Source: Gammaproteobacteria bacterium (GTDB lineage: Bacteria; Pseudomonadota; Gammaproteobacteria; JACCXJ01). From it: a stretch of DNA of 64,000 bases. Within the stretch, counting starts at the first letter, position 1. Every line of letters starts with the position of its first letter. Location: positions 4 through 64,003 of the forward strand of contig JBOIDR010000008.1 of NCBI GenBank assembly GCA_050740695.1. Direction: 5' to 3'. Positions 30,705-40,065 of this stretch are shown piece after piece. The notes below the pieces were generated by a model. It made no database searches. It saw only the letters and a program-made list of their open reading frames with translations, and was not told the DNA's origin. Made by a program: the position numbers and the translations under genes.

Positions 30705-31098
30705 ATGCTAAACGGTGGTTGCTTCTGTGGCGCGATCCGGTATGAGACGGCAGGCACGCCCTTTGACCAGACGAACTGTCACTGCTCGATCTGCCGTCGA
30801 ACGACCGGCGCCCCATTCGTAGCCTGGTTCAGCGTGCCACGGTCTGAGTTCCGGCTCACCCGAGGCACGCCGATTCAGATCGACCCCAAAGGGAATGCGG
30901 AGTTTCTGTCCTCGGTGCGGCACCCAGCTGACTTTCGAGCACGACGACGCCCTGGACGAGATTGACGTCACGACCTGCAGTCTTGATGATCCCGAACGGA
31001 TGCCGCCGGAAGTTCACACGCGCACGAGCAGTAAGCTTGGGTGGGTCAAGTTTTCCGACGGTCTCCCCGAGTATCGCGAGGCGCGGTACGAAGGGTGA
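30705..31098 (+). pseudogene. GFA-family (glutathione-dependent formaldehyde-activating / CENP-V-like) gene with one frameshift
   Basis: Frame 1 reads MLNGGCFCGAIRYE...CHCSICRRTTGAPFVAWF...RLTRG. Frame 2, from about 30872, reads FRSTPKGMRSFCPRCGTQLTFEHDD...DVTTCSLDDPERMPPEVH...KLGWVKFSDGLPEY. Together they give a full GFA domain. Confidence 0.75.
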
Positions 31099-31204
31099 TA
31101 GTGATGCCCAACCCGTGGTCGCACCGGGCCCGCGGAAGCGGGCTTCGCCCGCTCGCACGGACCGGCGTTACTTTAACGTTGGGCGGCGAGAGACAGGCTA
31201 CGCG

Positions 31205-31609
31205 GTGGACCTTCTGATCAACGTCGATGTCGATGATCTCGAGGCGGCGATCCCGTTCTACCAACGAGGTGTCGGGCTTCGCGTCGGACGTCGACTGTTC
31301 GAAGGAACTGTGGTTGAGATGCTCGGCGCGTCGTCGCCCATCTATCTCATCGAAAAGAAAGCTGGGACCTCGGCGAGTACCTATACCTCCCAGTTTCGAG
31401 ACTACGGTCGGCACTGGACGCCGGTGCACCTCGACTTCATCGTTGACGACGTCGCGGCTGCGGCACGAAACGCTCTGGCCGCAGGGGCGAAGCTGGAAGG
31501 CGAGTTGCAGTCGTTCAGCTGGGGACGCCAGGCGACGATGAGTGATCCGTTCGGCCACGGACTGTGTTTCGTGCAGTGGCTAGGCAAGGGCTACGGTGAT
31601 GCGCCATAA
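31205..31609 (+). CDS. VOC (glyoxalase/bleomycin-resistance) family protein
   Basis: GTG start at 31205. INVDVDDLEAAIPFYQRGVGL...VHLDFIVDDVAAA...GAKLEGE...MSDPFGHGLCF paired beta-alpha-beta-beta-beta modules. The upstream part of the 215-aa ORF has no homology. Confidence 0.65.
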   Translation: MDLLINVDVDDLEAAIPFYQRGVGLRVGRRLFEGTVVEMLGASSPIYLIEKKAGTSASTYTSQFRDYGRHWTPVHLDFIVDDVAAAARNALAAGAKLEGELQSFSWGRQATMSDPFGHGLCFVQWLGKGYGDAP

Positions 31610-32247
31610 CACGCCGCCCAACGCGCGTCGGGCTTCAAGGGTAATGAAAACCGCCGTGGATCGCCGTCGCCTTTCCAAGCCTTCGTGGCCGGCGCGGCTG
31701 ATCTTGTTTCGTTCGGCGCTCCCATGGCGTCGTCATCCTTCGTTCCAGAGTGGGGAACAATGCCTGCACCTGAACCAGAATGACTCTTAGCGATACTGCA
31801 GCAGACGCTTGCAACTCAGGGATCGATTTCGACAGCATTATTGCCAAGCTCGGCCAAGTGCAAGCCTCGAAGGACAGGCAAGGAAGGCGGTTCACATTAA
31901 GTTACCACTTGCGGGGATTGTGCTTTCACTCCTCAGCACGGACCTGATCGATCCCCGGACGGATCCATACATTGCCGGAACGCTCCCGATGGAGGATCGA
32001 GGCTCGGGATCGAAGGATCATCACGATGGAGCAAAGGAGCATCGCGCGCGGGCGAAGGGGCATCGCAGGGGAACGACGTCCCCACAGCCGATGACATCGT
32101 CCGCGCGCGTGCGGACGACGTTTCGGCCGAGGGATCGGTCCTCGGGACGCGCGTCCGCGTAAGCATGGGTCGATGTGCGGTGAAGGATCGGCGCGACAGA
32201 GGAACCGCCCACTACGACTCGTTCCGCAATCCGCCCGGACCTTCGGA

Positions 32248-32406
32248 CGAAGGACGGGGGTGGTCTACGCGAAGCGCGCGTTCGGCGCTCCCGAAGCGGT
32301 ACTCAGTCATCTCGGGCGCTCTACCCATCGGATCGCCGTCGGCAACGAGCGCTTACCCGGTTGCGAGAACGACGACGTGAACGACGGGGCGGTGCACACG
32401 AGATAG
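32248..32406 (+). mobile_element. second, shorter IS91-family transposase remnant
   Basis: VVYAKRAFGAPEAVLSHLGRSTHRIAVGNERLPGCEN parallels VVYPKPPFGGPEQVLAYLGRYTRRIAISNERLLACEN of the fragment at 28146. Same orientation; truncated after about 50 codons, 95 nt before mfd. Confidence 0.6.
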
Positions 32407-32501
32407 TGTCGGGGCTGTAGCCCGCCCGACCCCCCCTTGCCAGGACCCGCGGCGTGCTTATGATCACCCGCGCGGCCTTCGCGGCGCGTCGTCCCTGCCC
32501 T

Positions 32502-35500
32502 ATGACGGAATCCGACAACCCTCTATCGGAAGCTCGGCCATTGGAAACAGAGCCTTTGGTTATCGAGCGTCTGGAGAGCGTCTTCGAGCCCCCCCTGCCC
32601 AAGCGGCCGGGGGATCGCCGGCGCTGGGCGCGCCTCTACGGCTCCGGGAAGGGCCTCGCCATCGCCGCGGCCGTGCGCCGCCATCGGGGGCCTTGCCTCG
32701 TCATCGTACCGAACGCCGCGGAGGCCGGCCGCATCGCCGATGAGGTGCGGTTCTTCGGGGGTGACGGCTTGGAACCGCTCGTATTCCCGGACTGGGAGAC
32801 GCTACCCTACGACCGTTTCTCGCCGTACCAGGACATCGTCTCCGAGCGCCTCGCGACGCTCTACCGCTTACCGGAGCTCCGGGGCATCGTCATCGCCTCG
32901 GTAACAACCCTCATGCAGCGGCTGCCGCCCCGATCCTTCCTCGAAGGGCAGACGCTCATGCTCCGCACAGGCGAGCGGGTGGATCGCGAGGCGCTTTGCG
33001 AGCGCCTGATCCGCGGCGGTTATCGGGCCGTGTCCCAGGTGATCGAGCATGGGGACTATGCCCTGCGCGGCTCCATCATGGATGTGTTCCCCATGGGCAG
33101 TCCCTCCCCGTACCGCATCGACTGGCTGGACGACGAGATCGACAGCCTCCGCACCTTCGACCCCGAGAGCCAGCGTTCGACCGGCACCGTCCCCGAGATC
33201 CGGGTGCTCCCGGCGCGTGAGTTTCCCCTGACGCCGACGGCGATCGAACGCTTCCGCGGCAACTGGCGCGCGCGCTTCGAGGGCTCGCCCCAAGACTCGC
33301 CGTTGTACCGGGACGTGAGCCAGGGCCTTTGCCCACCCGGCATCGAATATTACCTCCCGCTGTTCTTCGAGGAGACGGCGACATTGTTCGATTATCTGCG
33401 CGCCGACACCTTGATCGTCGTGGATACCGGGGTTGAGGAGGCGGCCGAGCGTTTCCACGGCGAGGTCCGCGAGCGCCACGAGTCCCTGCACCACGACCGC
33501 GAGCGCCCGCTGTGCACACCGGCCGAGGTGTTCCTCTTGCCGAACGAGGTCTTCGCCGCCGTAAAAGGCCATCCCTCGATCATGGTCCTCGGCCCGCTCG
33601 CGGAACGCACGGACGGCGTTTCGGTGCTCGCCACCCTATTTCCTCCCACGCTGCCTATCGAGGCGCATGCGGCGGACCCGCTCGGGCTCGTGAAACGTTT
33701 TCTCGCGAGCTATGAAGGACGGGTCCTGTTCGTGGCCGAGTCCAAGGGCCGACGCGAGACCCTCGCGGAATTGTTCCGGCAGCACGCGATCCCCTTCGTG
33801 CTTTTCGCCGGTTTCCCCGCCTTTCTCACGGGCGACGCGCGCATCGGCCTCACGGTGGCGCCTCTGCAGCGCGGCGTCCGCATCGAGGACCGGCTGATTG
33901 CGGTCGTCTGCGAGTCCGAGCTGTTTCCCGAGCACGCCCCCCAGGCACGCCGCCAGAGCCGCGCCGCGCGCGATCCCGAGGGGCTCATCCGCGATCTCAG
34001 CGAGCTGTCCCAGGGCGCGCCGGTGGTCCACGAGCACCATGGGGTCGGTCGGTATCTCGGGTTGTTTTTGCTCGATGCCGGCGGCACCCGGGGCGAATAC
34101 CTGGGCATCGAATACGCCGACGGCGATAAGCTCTACGTGCCCGTCCTGGCGCTCTATCTGATCACCCGCTACACCGGCGCCGAGGGCGACCACGCGCCGC
34201 TCCACAAGCTCGGAAGCCACCAGTGGCAAAAGGCTCGGGCGCGTGCGGCACAACGCATCAGGGACGTGGCGGCCGAGCTCCTCGAGGTCTATGCGAAGCG
34301 CAGCGCGCGCACCGGGCATGCCTACAAGATCGATGAGGACGCCTACCAGAGCTTCGCCCAGGGCTTTCCGTTCGAGGAAACGCCCGATCAAGCCGCGGCC
34401 ATCACCGCGGTGCTCGGCGATCTCAGGGCCGAGCAGCCGACGGATCGACTGGTCTGCGGGGACGTGGGTTTCGGCAAGACCGAGGTCGCGATGCGCGCCG
34501 CCTTCGTCGCGGCGATGGACGGGAAACAGGTCGCGATCCTGGTGCCGACCACCCTATTGGCCCAGCAGCACTTCGAGAACTTCAAGGACCGCTTCGCCGA
34601 TTGGCCGGTACGCATCGAGTTCCTGTCGCGGTTTCAAAACAAACGCGAGCAGGATCAGATCACCGCGGCCATTAAGGCAGGCGCCGTCGATATCGTCATC
34701 GGGACCCACAGGCTCTTACAGGAGGGCGTATCGTTCAAGCGCCTGGGGCTCCTCGTCATCGATGAGGAGCATCGCTTCGGCGTGCGCCAGAAAGAGCGGC
34801 TCAAGGCTTTGCGCTCCGAGGTGGACATCCTGACCCTCACGGCCACGCCCATCCCGAGGACTCTCAACCTCGCGCTGTCGGCGGCGCGCGAGCTCAGCAT
34901 CATCGCGACCCCGCCGGCGCGCAGGCTAGCCGTCAAGACCTTCGTCAACGAGTGGGACGAGCACCTCCTGCGCGAGGCCATGGTGCGGGAGATCGCGCGC
35001 GGCGGCCAGGTGTATTTCCTCCATAACGAGGTCGAGACCATAGAAAACATCGCGAAAAAGGTCGAGGCCCTGCTCCCCGAGGGTCGCGTCAGGATCGCGC
35101 ACGGACAGATGCGGGAGCGCGAGCTCGAGCACGTGATGCTCGATTTCTACCACCAGCGCTTCAACTGCTTGGTCTGCACCACCATCATCGAGAGCGGTAT
35201 CGACGTCCCGAACGCCAACACCATCATCATGAACCGCGCAGACAAGCTGGGCCTGGCACAGCTCTATCAGCTCCGCGGTCGGGTCGGGCGCTCCCATCAC
35301 CGCGCCTATGCCTATCTCGTGATCCCGCCGCGCCAGGCGCTCGGCGCCGATGCGGTGAAACGACTCGAGGCCATCGCCTCCATCGAAGAGCTGGGCGTAG
35401 GCTTTACGCTCGCGACCCATGACCTCGAGATCCGCGGTGCCGGCGAGATCCTGGGCGAGGAGCAGAGCGGGCATATCCAGGAAATCGGCTTCGGCCTCTA

Positions 35501-36047
35501 TTCCGAGCTATTGCAACGCGCGGTCGCCGACTTGAAGAGCGGGCGCGAGCCGCTGCTCGACCGCCCCCTCGACCACGGCACCGAGATCGAGCTGCACACC
35601 GCTTGCCTCATTCCCGAGGATTATCTCCCTGACGTGCACACGCGCCTCATCCTTTACAAGCGTATCGCGAGCGCCGAGGACGATGCGGTCCTCACGCTGC
35701 TCGCCGAAGAGATGGCGGATCGCTTCGGGCCCCTGCCCGCGCCCGCCAAGGATCTCGTGCGCGTGACCCGGCTCAAGCTCCGCGCCGCGCCGCTCGGGGT
35801 CAAGCGGGTGGATCTCGGTCCCAAGGGTGGACGCATCGTTTTTCACCCCGAGGCCAAAGTCGATCCGATCTCGGTGGTGCGCCTGGTCCAGAGTCAACCC
35901 GCTCGCTATCGATTCGAGGGCAAGGAGCGCCTCCGCATCACGGCCGATCTGCCCGAGGGCGAGCAACGCATCGAGGCCCTGCATGCGCTCTTCGATCGGC
36001 TCGCGGGGCGGGATAACGATGCCGGCCGAATCATGCGGCCTGGATAA
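32502..36047 (+). CDS. mfd: transcription-repair coupling factor Mfd
   Basis: About 1180 aa. UvrB-homology N-terminus, RNAP-interaction region (YVPVLALYLITRY), superfamily-2 helicase motifs (GDVGFGKTEVA, DEEH, TATPIPRT, QLRGRVGRS) and the TRG/C-terminal domain. Start could be 32454, 32460 or 32502. Confidence 0.95.
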   Translation: MTESDNPLSEARPLETEPLVIERLESVFEPPLPKRPGDRRRWARLYGSGKGLAIAAAVRRHRGPCLVIVPNAAEAGRIADEVRFFGGDGLEPLVFPDWETLPYDRFSPYQDIVSERLATLYRLPELRGIVIASVTTLMQRLPPRSFLEGQTLMLRTGERVDREALCERLIRGGYRAVSQVIEHGDYALRGSIMDVFPMGSPSPYRIDWLDDEIDSLRTFDPESQRSTGTVPEIRVLPAREFPLTPTAIERFRGNWRARFEGSPQDSPLYRDVSQGLCPPGIEYYLPLFFEETATLFDYLRADTLIVVDTGVEEAAERFHGEVRERHESLHHDRERPLCTPAEVFLLPNEVFAAVKGHPSIMVLGPLAERTDGVSVLATLFPPTLPIEAHAADPLGLVKRFLASYEGRVLFVAESKGRRETLAELFRQHAIPFVLFAGFPAFLTGDARIGLTVAPLQRGVRIEDRLIAVVCESELFPEHAPQARRQSRAARDPEGLIRDLSELSQGAPVVHEHHGVGRYLGLFLLDAGGTRGEYLGIEYADGDKLYVPVLALYLITRYTGAEGDHAPLHKLGSHQWQKARARAAQRIRDVAAELLEVYAKRSARTGHAYKIDEDAYQSFAQGFPFEETPDQAAAITAVLGDLRAEQPTDRLVCGDVGFGKTEVAMRAAFVAAMDGKQVAILVPTTLLAQQHFENFKDRFADWPVRIEFLSRFQNKREQDQITAAIKAGAVDIVIGTHRLLQEGVSFKRLGLLVIDEEHRFGVRQKERLKALRSEVDILTLTATPIPRTLNLALSAARELSIIATPPARRLAVKTFVNEWDEHLLREAMVREIARGGQVYFLHNEVETIENIAKKVEALLPEGRVRIAHGQMRERELEHVMLDFYHQRFNCLVCTTIIESGIDVPNANTIIMNRADKLGLAQLYQLRGRVGRSHHRAYAYLVIPPRQALGADAVKRLEAIASIEELGVGFTLATHDLEIRGAGEILGEEQSGHIQEIGFGLYSELLQRAVADLKSGREPLLDRPLDHGTEIELHTACLIPEDYLPDVHTRLILYKRIASAEDDAVLTLLAEEMADRFGPLPAPAKDLVRVTRLKLRAAPLGVKRVDLGPKGGRIVFHPEAKVDPISVVRLVQSQPARYRFEGKERLRITADLPEGEQRIEALHALFDRLAGRDNDAGRIMRPG

Positions 36048-36166
36048 GGCGAGGGCTCAGTCCCTCACCCTAGCTAGCAGGCGGTCCGTCGTGTAGCGTC
36101 ACGGACACGGGCTAGCCCGGATTTCTCGTGCGCCGGTTGTCGTAACCAGCTTTGAAGCGCACAGAT

Positions 36167-36508
36167 TCATCTTCGTGTTTTCAACCTCGAAGGAAACTGC
36201 CCATGCGGACCCGCATACGCGGTGTTGTGGGGGCTGGGGGTTAAACACCCCCGGCTACCCGATGGGGTGTTTTCAGTTGACGCGGTTTCCCATCGTGCCT
36301 GAATGGTATCGGCGGAAAGGTCTGCTCCGCAGTCCCATTCGATAAAGTACTTGCCGTTATGAATTCGTTCGAACTCACTCCTGTCTCTTAATGGCGCGAA
36401 GACTTCCGAGTCGAGATATGGCCTTACGTCAAATAAACCTTGTTTCCCATCTTCCAGTTTGATGTACAGCACATAATCATCTTTCGGAATAATTTCTGCG
36501 ATATTCAT
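36167..36508 (-). CDS. DUF2442-domain protein
   Basis: MNIAEIIPKDDYVLYIKLEDGKQGLFDVRPYL...FIEWDCGADLSADTI is the DUF2442 pattern. AT-richer than its surroundings. Overlaps the upstream DUF4160 gene by 4 nt. Confidence 0.75.
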   Translation of the reverse strand: MNIAEIIPKDDYVLYIKLEDGKQGLFDVRPYLDSEVFAPLRDRSEFERIHNGKYFIEWDCGADLSADTIQARWETASTENTPSGSRGCLTPSPHNTAYAGPHGQFPSRLKTRR

Positions 36509-36771
36509 CGGTCAAGCCCTCGAATAGGAAAGCATTTCTTGCCGTTGACAGCCAACTGCCAGTCGGCAAACAGATCATCTCGGTGTATTTGAATCCATGC
36601 GACGACCAGTTTGTGTTTCTTGGGTGGAAGTTCACCAGCCAAGACGGTTCCATCGAGAATAGAGTACACGGCTACTTGGCCTTGATATTCAGCGTGGATG
36701 TGCGGCACGTTGTGCTTTTCAGTATCATAGAAAAACATTCGGATGCCATAGAACATCGAAATTGTGGGCAT
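36505..36771 (-). CDS. DUF4160-domain protein
   Basis: MPTISMFYGIRMFFYDTEKHNVPHIHAEYQGQVAVYSI is the DUF4160 signature. Forms the common DUF4160-DUF2442 two-gene module. Confidence 0.8.
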   Translation of the reverse strand: MPTISMFYGIRMFFYDTEKHNVPHIHAEYQGQVAVYSILDGTVLAGELPPKKHKLVVAWIQIHRDDLFADWQLAVNGKKCFPIRGLDR

Positions 36772-36961
36772 TATAACGCGCCCAACTCGCGGCCCGCATG
36801 AGGTCCCGGAGGACGCTCCTTCCGCGCACGTCCAAGCTCAGCGCATGGCAGCGGTCGGCCCACCTGAGGGCGGCACGAGCCGCGAAACCCAATGGCCTTC
36901 TCCCGCTCGAGGGATCCCGCGGCGTCGATCCCGGTACTTTCTCGGGGAAAGTCACGGACTC

Positions 36962-37976
36962 GGCGAATACCTGGGCATCGAATACGCCGACGGCGATAAG
37001 CTCTACGTGCCCGTCCTGGCGCTCTATCTGATCACGCGCTACACCGGCGCTGAGGGCGAGCACGCGCCGCTCCATAAGCTCGGAAGCCACCAGTGGCAAA
37101 AGGCTCGGGCACGTGCGGCACAACGCATCAGAGACGTGGCGGCCGAGCTCCTCGAGGTCTATGCGAAGCGCAGCGCGCGCACCGGGCATGCCTACAAGAT
37201 CGATGAGGACGCCTATCAGAGCTTCGCCCAGGGTCGGGTCGGGCGCTCCCATCACCGCGCCTATGCCTATCTCGTGATCCCGCCGCGCCAGGCGCTCGGC
37301 GCCGATGCGGTGAAACGACTCGAGGCCATCGCCTCCATCGAAGAGCTGGGCGTAGGCTTTACGCTCGCGACCCATGACCTCGAGATCCGCGGTGCCGGCG
37401 AGATCCTGGGCGAGGAGCAGAGCGGGCATATCCAGGAAATCGGCTTCGGCCTCTATTCCGAGCTATTGCAACGCGCGGTCGCCGACTTGAAGAGCGGGCG
37501 CGAGCCGCTGCTCGACCGCCCCCTCGACCACGGCACCGAGATCGAGCTGCACACCGCTTGCCTCATTCCCGAGGATTATCTCCCTGACGTGCACACGCGC
37601 CTCATCCTTTACAAGCGTATCGCGAGCGCCGAGGACGATGCGGTCCTCACGCTGCTCGCCGAAGAGATGGCGGATCGCTTCGGGCCCCTGCCCGCGCCCG
37701 CCAAGGATCTCGTGCGCGTGACCCGGCTCAAGCTCCGCGCCGCGCCGCTCGGGGTCAAGCGGGTGGATCTCGGTCCCAGGGTGTACGCATCGTTTTTCAC
37801 CCCGAGGCCAAAGTCGATCCGATCTCGGTGGTGCGCCTGGTCCAGAGTCAACCCGCTCGCTATCGATTCGAGGGCAACGAGCGCCTCCACATCACGGCCG
37901 ATCTGCCCGAGGGCGAGCAACGCATCGAGGCCCTGCATGCGCTCTTCGATCGGCTCGCGGGGCGGGATAACCATGC
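36962..37976 (+). pseudogene. partial mfd copy 2 (two mfd segments joined, 915-bp internal deletion, 1-nt frameshift)
   Basis: 36962-37233 aligns to mfd 34092-34363 and 37234-37976 aligns to 35279-36021. The central 540 bp or so are identical to mfd by eye. cccaagggtggacgc becomes cccagggtgtacgc near 37785. No 5-prime part and no start codon of its own. Confidence 0.9.
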
Positions 37977-38204
37977 TACGCGAAGGGAACGGGCCGGATG
38001 AGCGGCGGATCAACGGGATGAAATCCCTCAAACGGGCGTGTGCCCCCACCAGTTGTCGCCCATCCTCCTGGTCGACCAAACTCACTAGCCCCAGCGACCC
38101 CGCGCATCGTCCCCCTCCGCTCGAGGTTCGCCCGATTGGGAGGGGGACTTCGATACACGCGAAGGCTAAACGTTCGCTCGGAGCGAACGCGCAGTCCCTT
38201 CAGA

Positions 38205-39668
38205 TCAACACAAAGTGCCTAAGGGCCGAGGGCCAACCGACGACTTCCAATTAGCCGCCTGGCTCGCAAGGAAAATATCCTCGGCAATCGTGAGACCGAG
38301 CGGCACGCCGCCGACGTTTTGCGTAAGGTCAACACTACCACTGCCCGTCACCGCGAAGGCGTCGAATACCCAGTGCACGCCCAGAAACACGCGGCTGCGG
38401 CCGTTCTCCTCGATCGCCTGCCACAGCCCGCCCGGAAAGGTACGAACGTGTCGCGGCCGTACCGTTCCCTTGTTGTCGGTGTTGACTCCGTTGAACTCCT
38501 CGGACACGAACGTAAGGCTATCCAACAGATTATCCGGCGCGCGATTGCCCGGTGCGACGCCGTAGAAGAGTCGGGTCATGTGGAACGCCGCGGCCCCGAA
38601 GGTGGCGTGACCGGAGGGATAAGCCGGGAAGGGCGGCGTGAAATTCTTGGCCGTCGAGTTGGTGTTCGGTGCCCCTAGCGGCAACCAAAGGGTGTGGCTG
38701 TTATTGTCGATGTTGTTATTACCCGTGCCCGATGGGCCCAGGGACACATCGTGCTCGCGGATGCCGACCACAGGCCGCCAAAAATCATGGCAATACTTCT
38801 GATCCCAGGCCAGGATGCCGGCATCGCCCATGGCGACGTTGAGCAACGCGAATAGCCGGGCGTTCTGTGCGACGGTATTGCCCCGCGCCGCGGCGATCAC
38901 TCGTACGATCTGGTTGTAGAAGCGGGGCGGCGTACCCAGACCCTTCACGCCATCATAGGCCCAATAAATCCCGATCAAGGTTTCGTCCACGGTGCGGCGC
39001 GTGAACGGCGGTAGGGGAAGAGCGTCTATTGCAGGCACGGTCCCCATGAGCTCAGGCGCGATCCCCTTGCTACGCACCTCGCGGAGCGCCTGGATATAGG
39101 CGCTTGTTCCCGGTTGCGGCGGAGGATCCAGCTCATGGCGAGTCGTAACCGCGAAGCACTTGCACCGAGCGCCGTAGAAGGGCGCGTGAAAGCCTTGAGC
39201 GGGATTATCCGGGTCAACCCGATGCGCGCCGCGCGCCATCGAGGCCGCATAGCCGTCGTCGCCGGCGCCCGGATCGTCCTTGCGATCATCGAGCAGCTTT
39301 TGCGCGACCGCGAGCCCGAACTCATGGCCCTCGTTCAAACCGGACCCGGTGAGGCCCGCTTCCATGTGCTTTTGGTCGAAAAAGGGCTTCTGGCTCGGGA
39401 ATAACTTCGATAGCGTCGCATGCGCTGCCGCGGCGACCGCGGCGTCCGCCGATGCCCCTGGCAGGGGCGGCGGCAAGCCGGGGAGATAGGGGGACAGATT
39501 CACTGGATCGTTGATCACGCCTGCATAGGCATCGTACATCGCGAGATGTACGATGGCCAAAGCACGCGCGCTCAGCGTAGGGCCAGTCTGCTCATTCTTG
39601 CCGTTGGTGTGACTCACTCGATTCGCCTCGAGCGCAACATCGTTCCAGAATAATATCGGATCCATCAT
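38205..39668 (-). CDS. vanadium-dependent haloperoxidase / PAP2-superfamily protein
   Basis: Start at ATGATG 39668 preceded by gagagg. FPAYPSGHATFGAAAFHMTRLF and GRSRVFLGVHWVFDAF are acid-phosphatase/haloperoxidase motifs. No obvious signal peptide. Confidence 0.8.
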   Translation of the reverse strand: MMDPILFWNDVALEANRVSHTNGKNEQTGPTLSARALAIVHLAMYDAYAGVINDPVNLSPYLPGLPPPLPGASADAAVAAAAHATLSKLFPSQKPFFDQKHMEAGLTGSGLNEGHEFGLAVAQKLLDDRKDDPGAGDDGYAASMARGAHRVDPDNPAQGFHAPFYGARCKCFAVTTRHELDPPPQPGTSAYIQALREVRSKGIAPELMGTVPAIDALPLPPFTRRTVDETLIGIYWAYDGVKGLGTPPRFYNQIVRVIAAARGNTVAQNARLFALLNVAMGDAGILAWDQKYCHDFWRPVVGIREHDVSLGPSGTGNNNIDNNSHTLWLPLGAPNTNSTAKNFTPPFPAYPSGHATFGAAAFHMTRLFYGVAPGNRAPDNLLDSLTFVSEEFNGVNTDNKGTVRPRHVRTFPGGLWQAIEENGRSRVFLGVHWVFDAFAVTGSGSVDLTQNVGGVPLGLTIAEDIFLASQAANWKSSVGPRPLGTLC

Positions 39669-39865
39669 CGCTACCTCTCGTCTGTTGAATATGAGAACGA
39701 CTTCTGCATCAAGCGGCGCACCCGGGCCTCGATCGAGTAGCATCGAAGAAACCGCTCGTCTCCTGCCCTGCGCCAAGATGAATTCTAGCCCGAGCCAGGG
39801 CCGTAACTCTGTGACTTATTTCACAGCTTGGATGGGAATATTCACATTCGGGCATGTGCCACACT

Positions 39866-39975
39866 ACGAACCATATCTTATCCGCCGTGAGGCAGCGCGC
39901 CGGATACGATCCGTTGAACCTCAACCGCTGGATCGAAGGCTATGAGCCTTGGGCATGGTATGGCGGCGGGTGCCG
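39866..39975. repeat. solo IS91-flank-like sequence; copy B, inverted relative to 28741-28860
   Basis: The manual alignment is tatcttatccgccgtg(a/c)ggcagc...ccgttgaac...aaccgctggatcgaaggctatg(a/c)gccttggg... against the reverse complement of 28741-28860. No transposase ORF is adjacent. Confidence 0.6.
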
Positions 39976-40065
39976 TCGCGGATAACCGACGCCACACGCG
40001 CCCCGTCAACGACCGCTATTGCAACAATTAACGACGAGGAAGGGAGCTCCCAAAGCTACTCTCCG

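Noticed and set aside
36764-38254. 496-aa plus-strand ORF that looks like a novel Mfd-related protein
   Set aside because: It is a read-through of junction sequence plus the internally deleted mfd copy 2. After the 1-nt deletion near 37785 the translation becomes out-of-frame nonsense. There is no start-proximal homology and no RBS.
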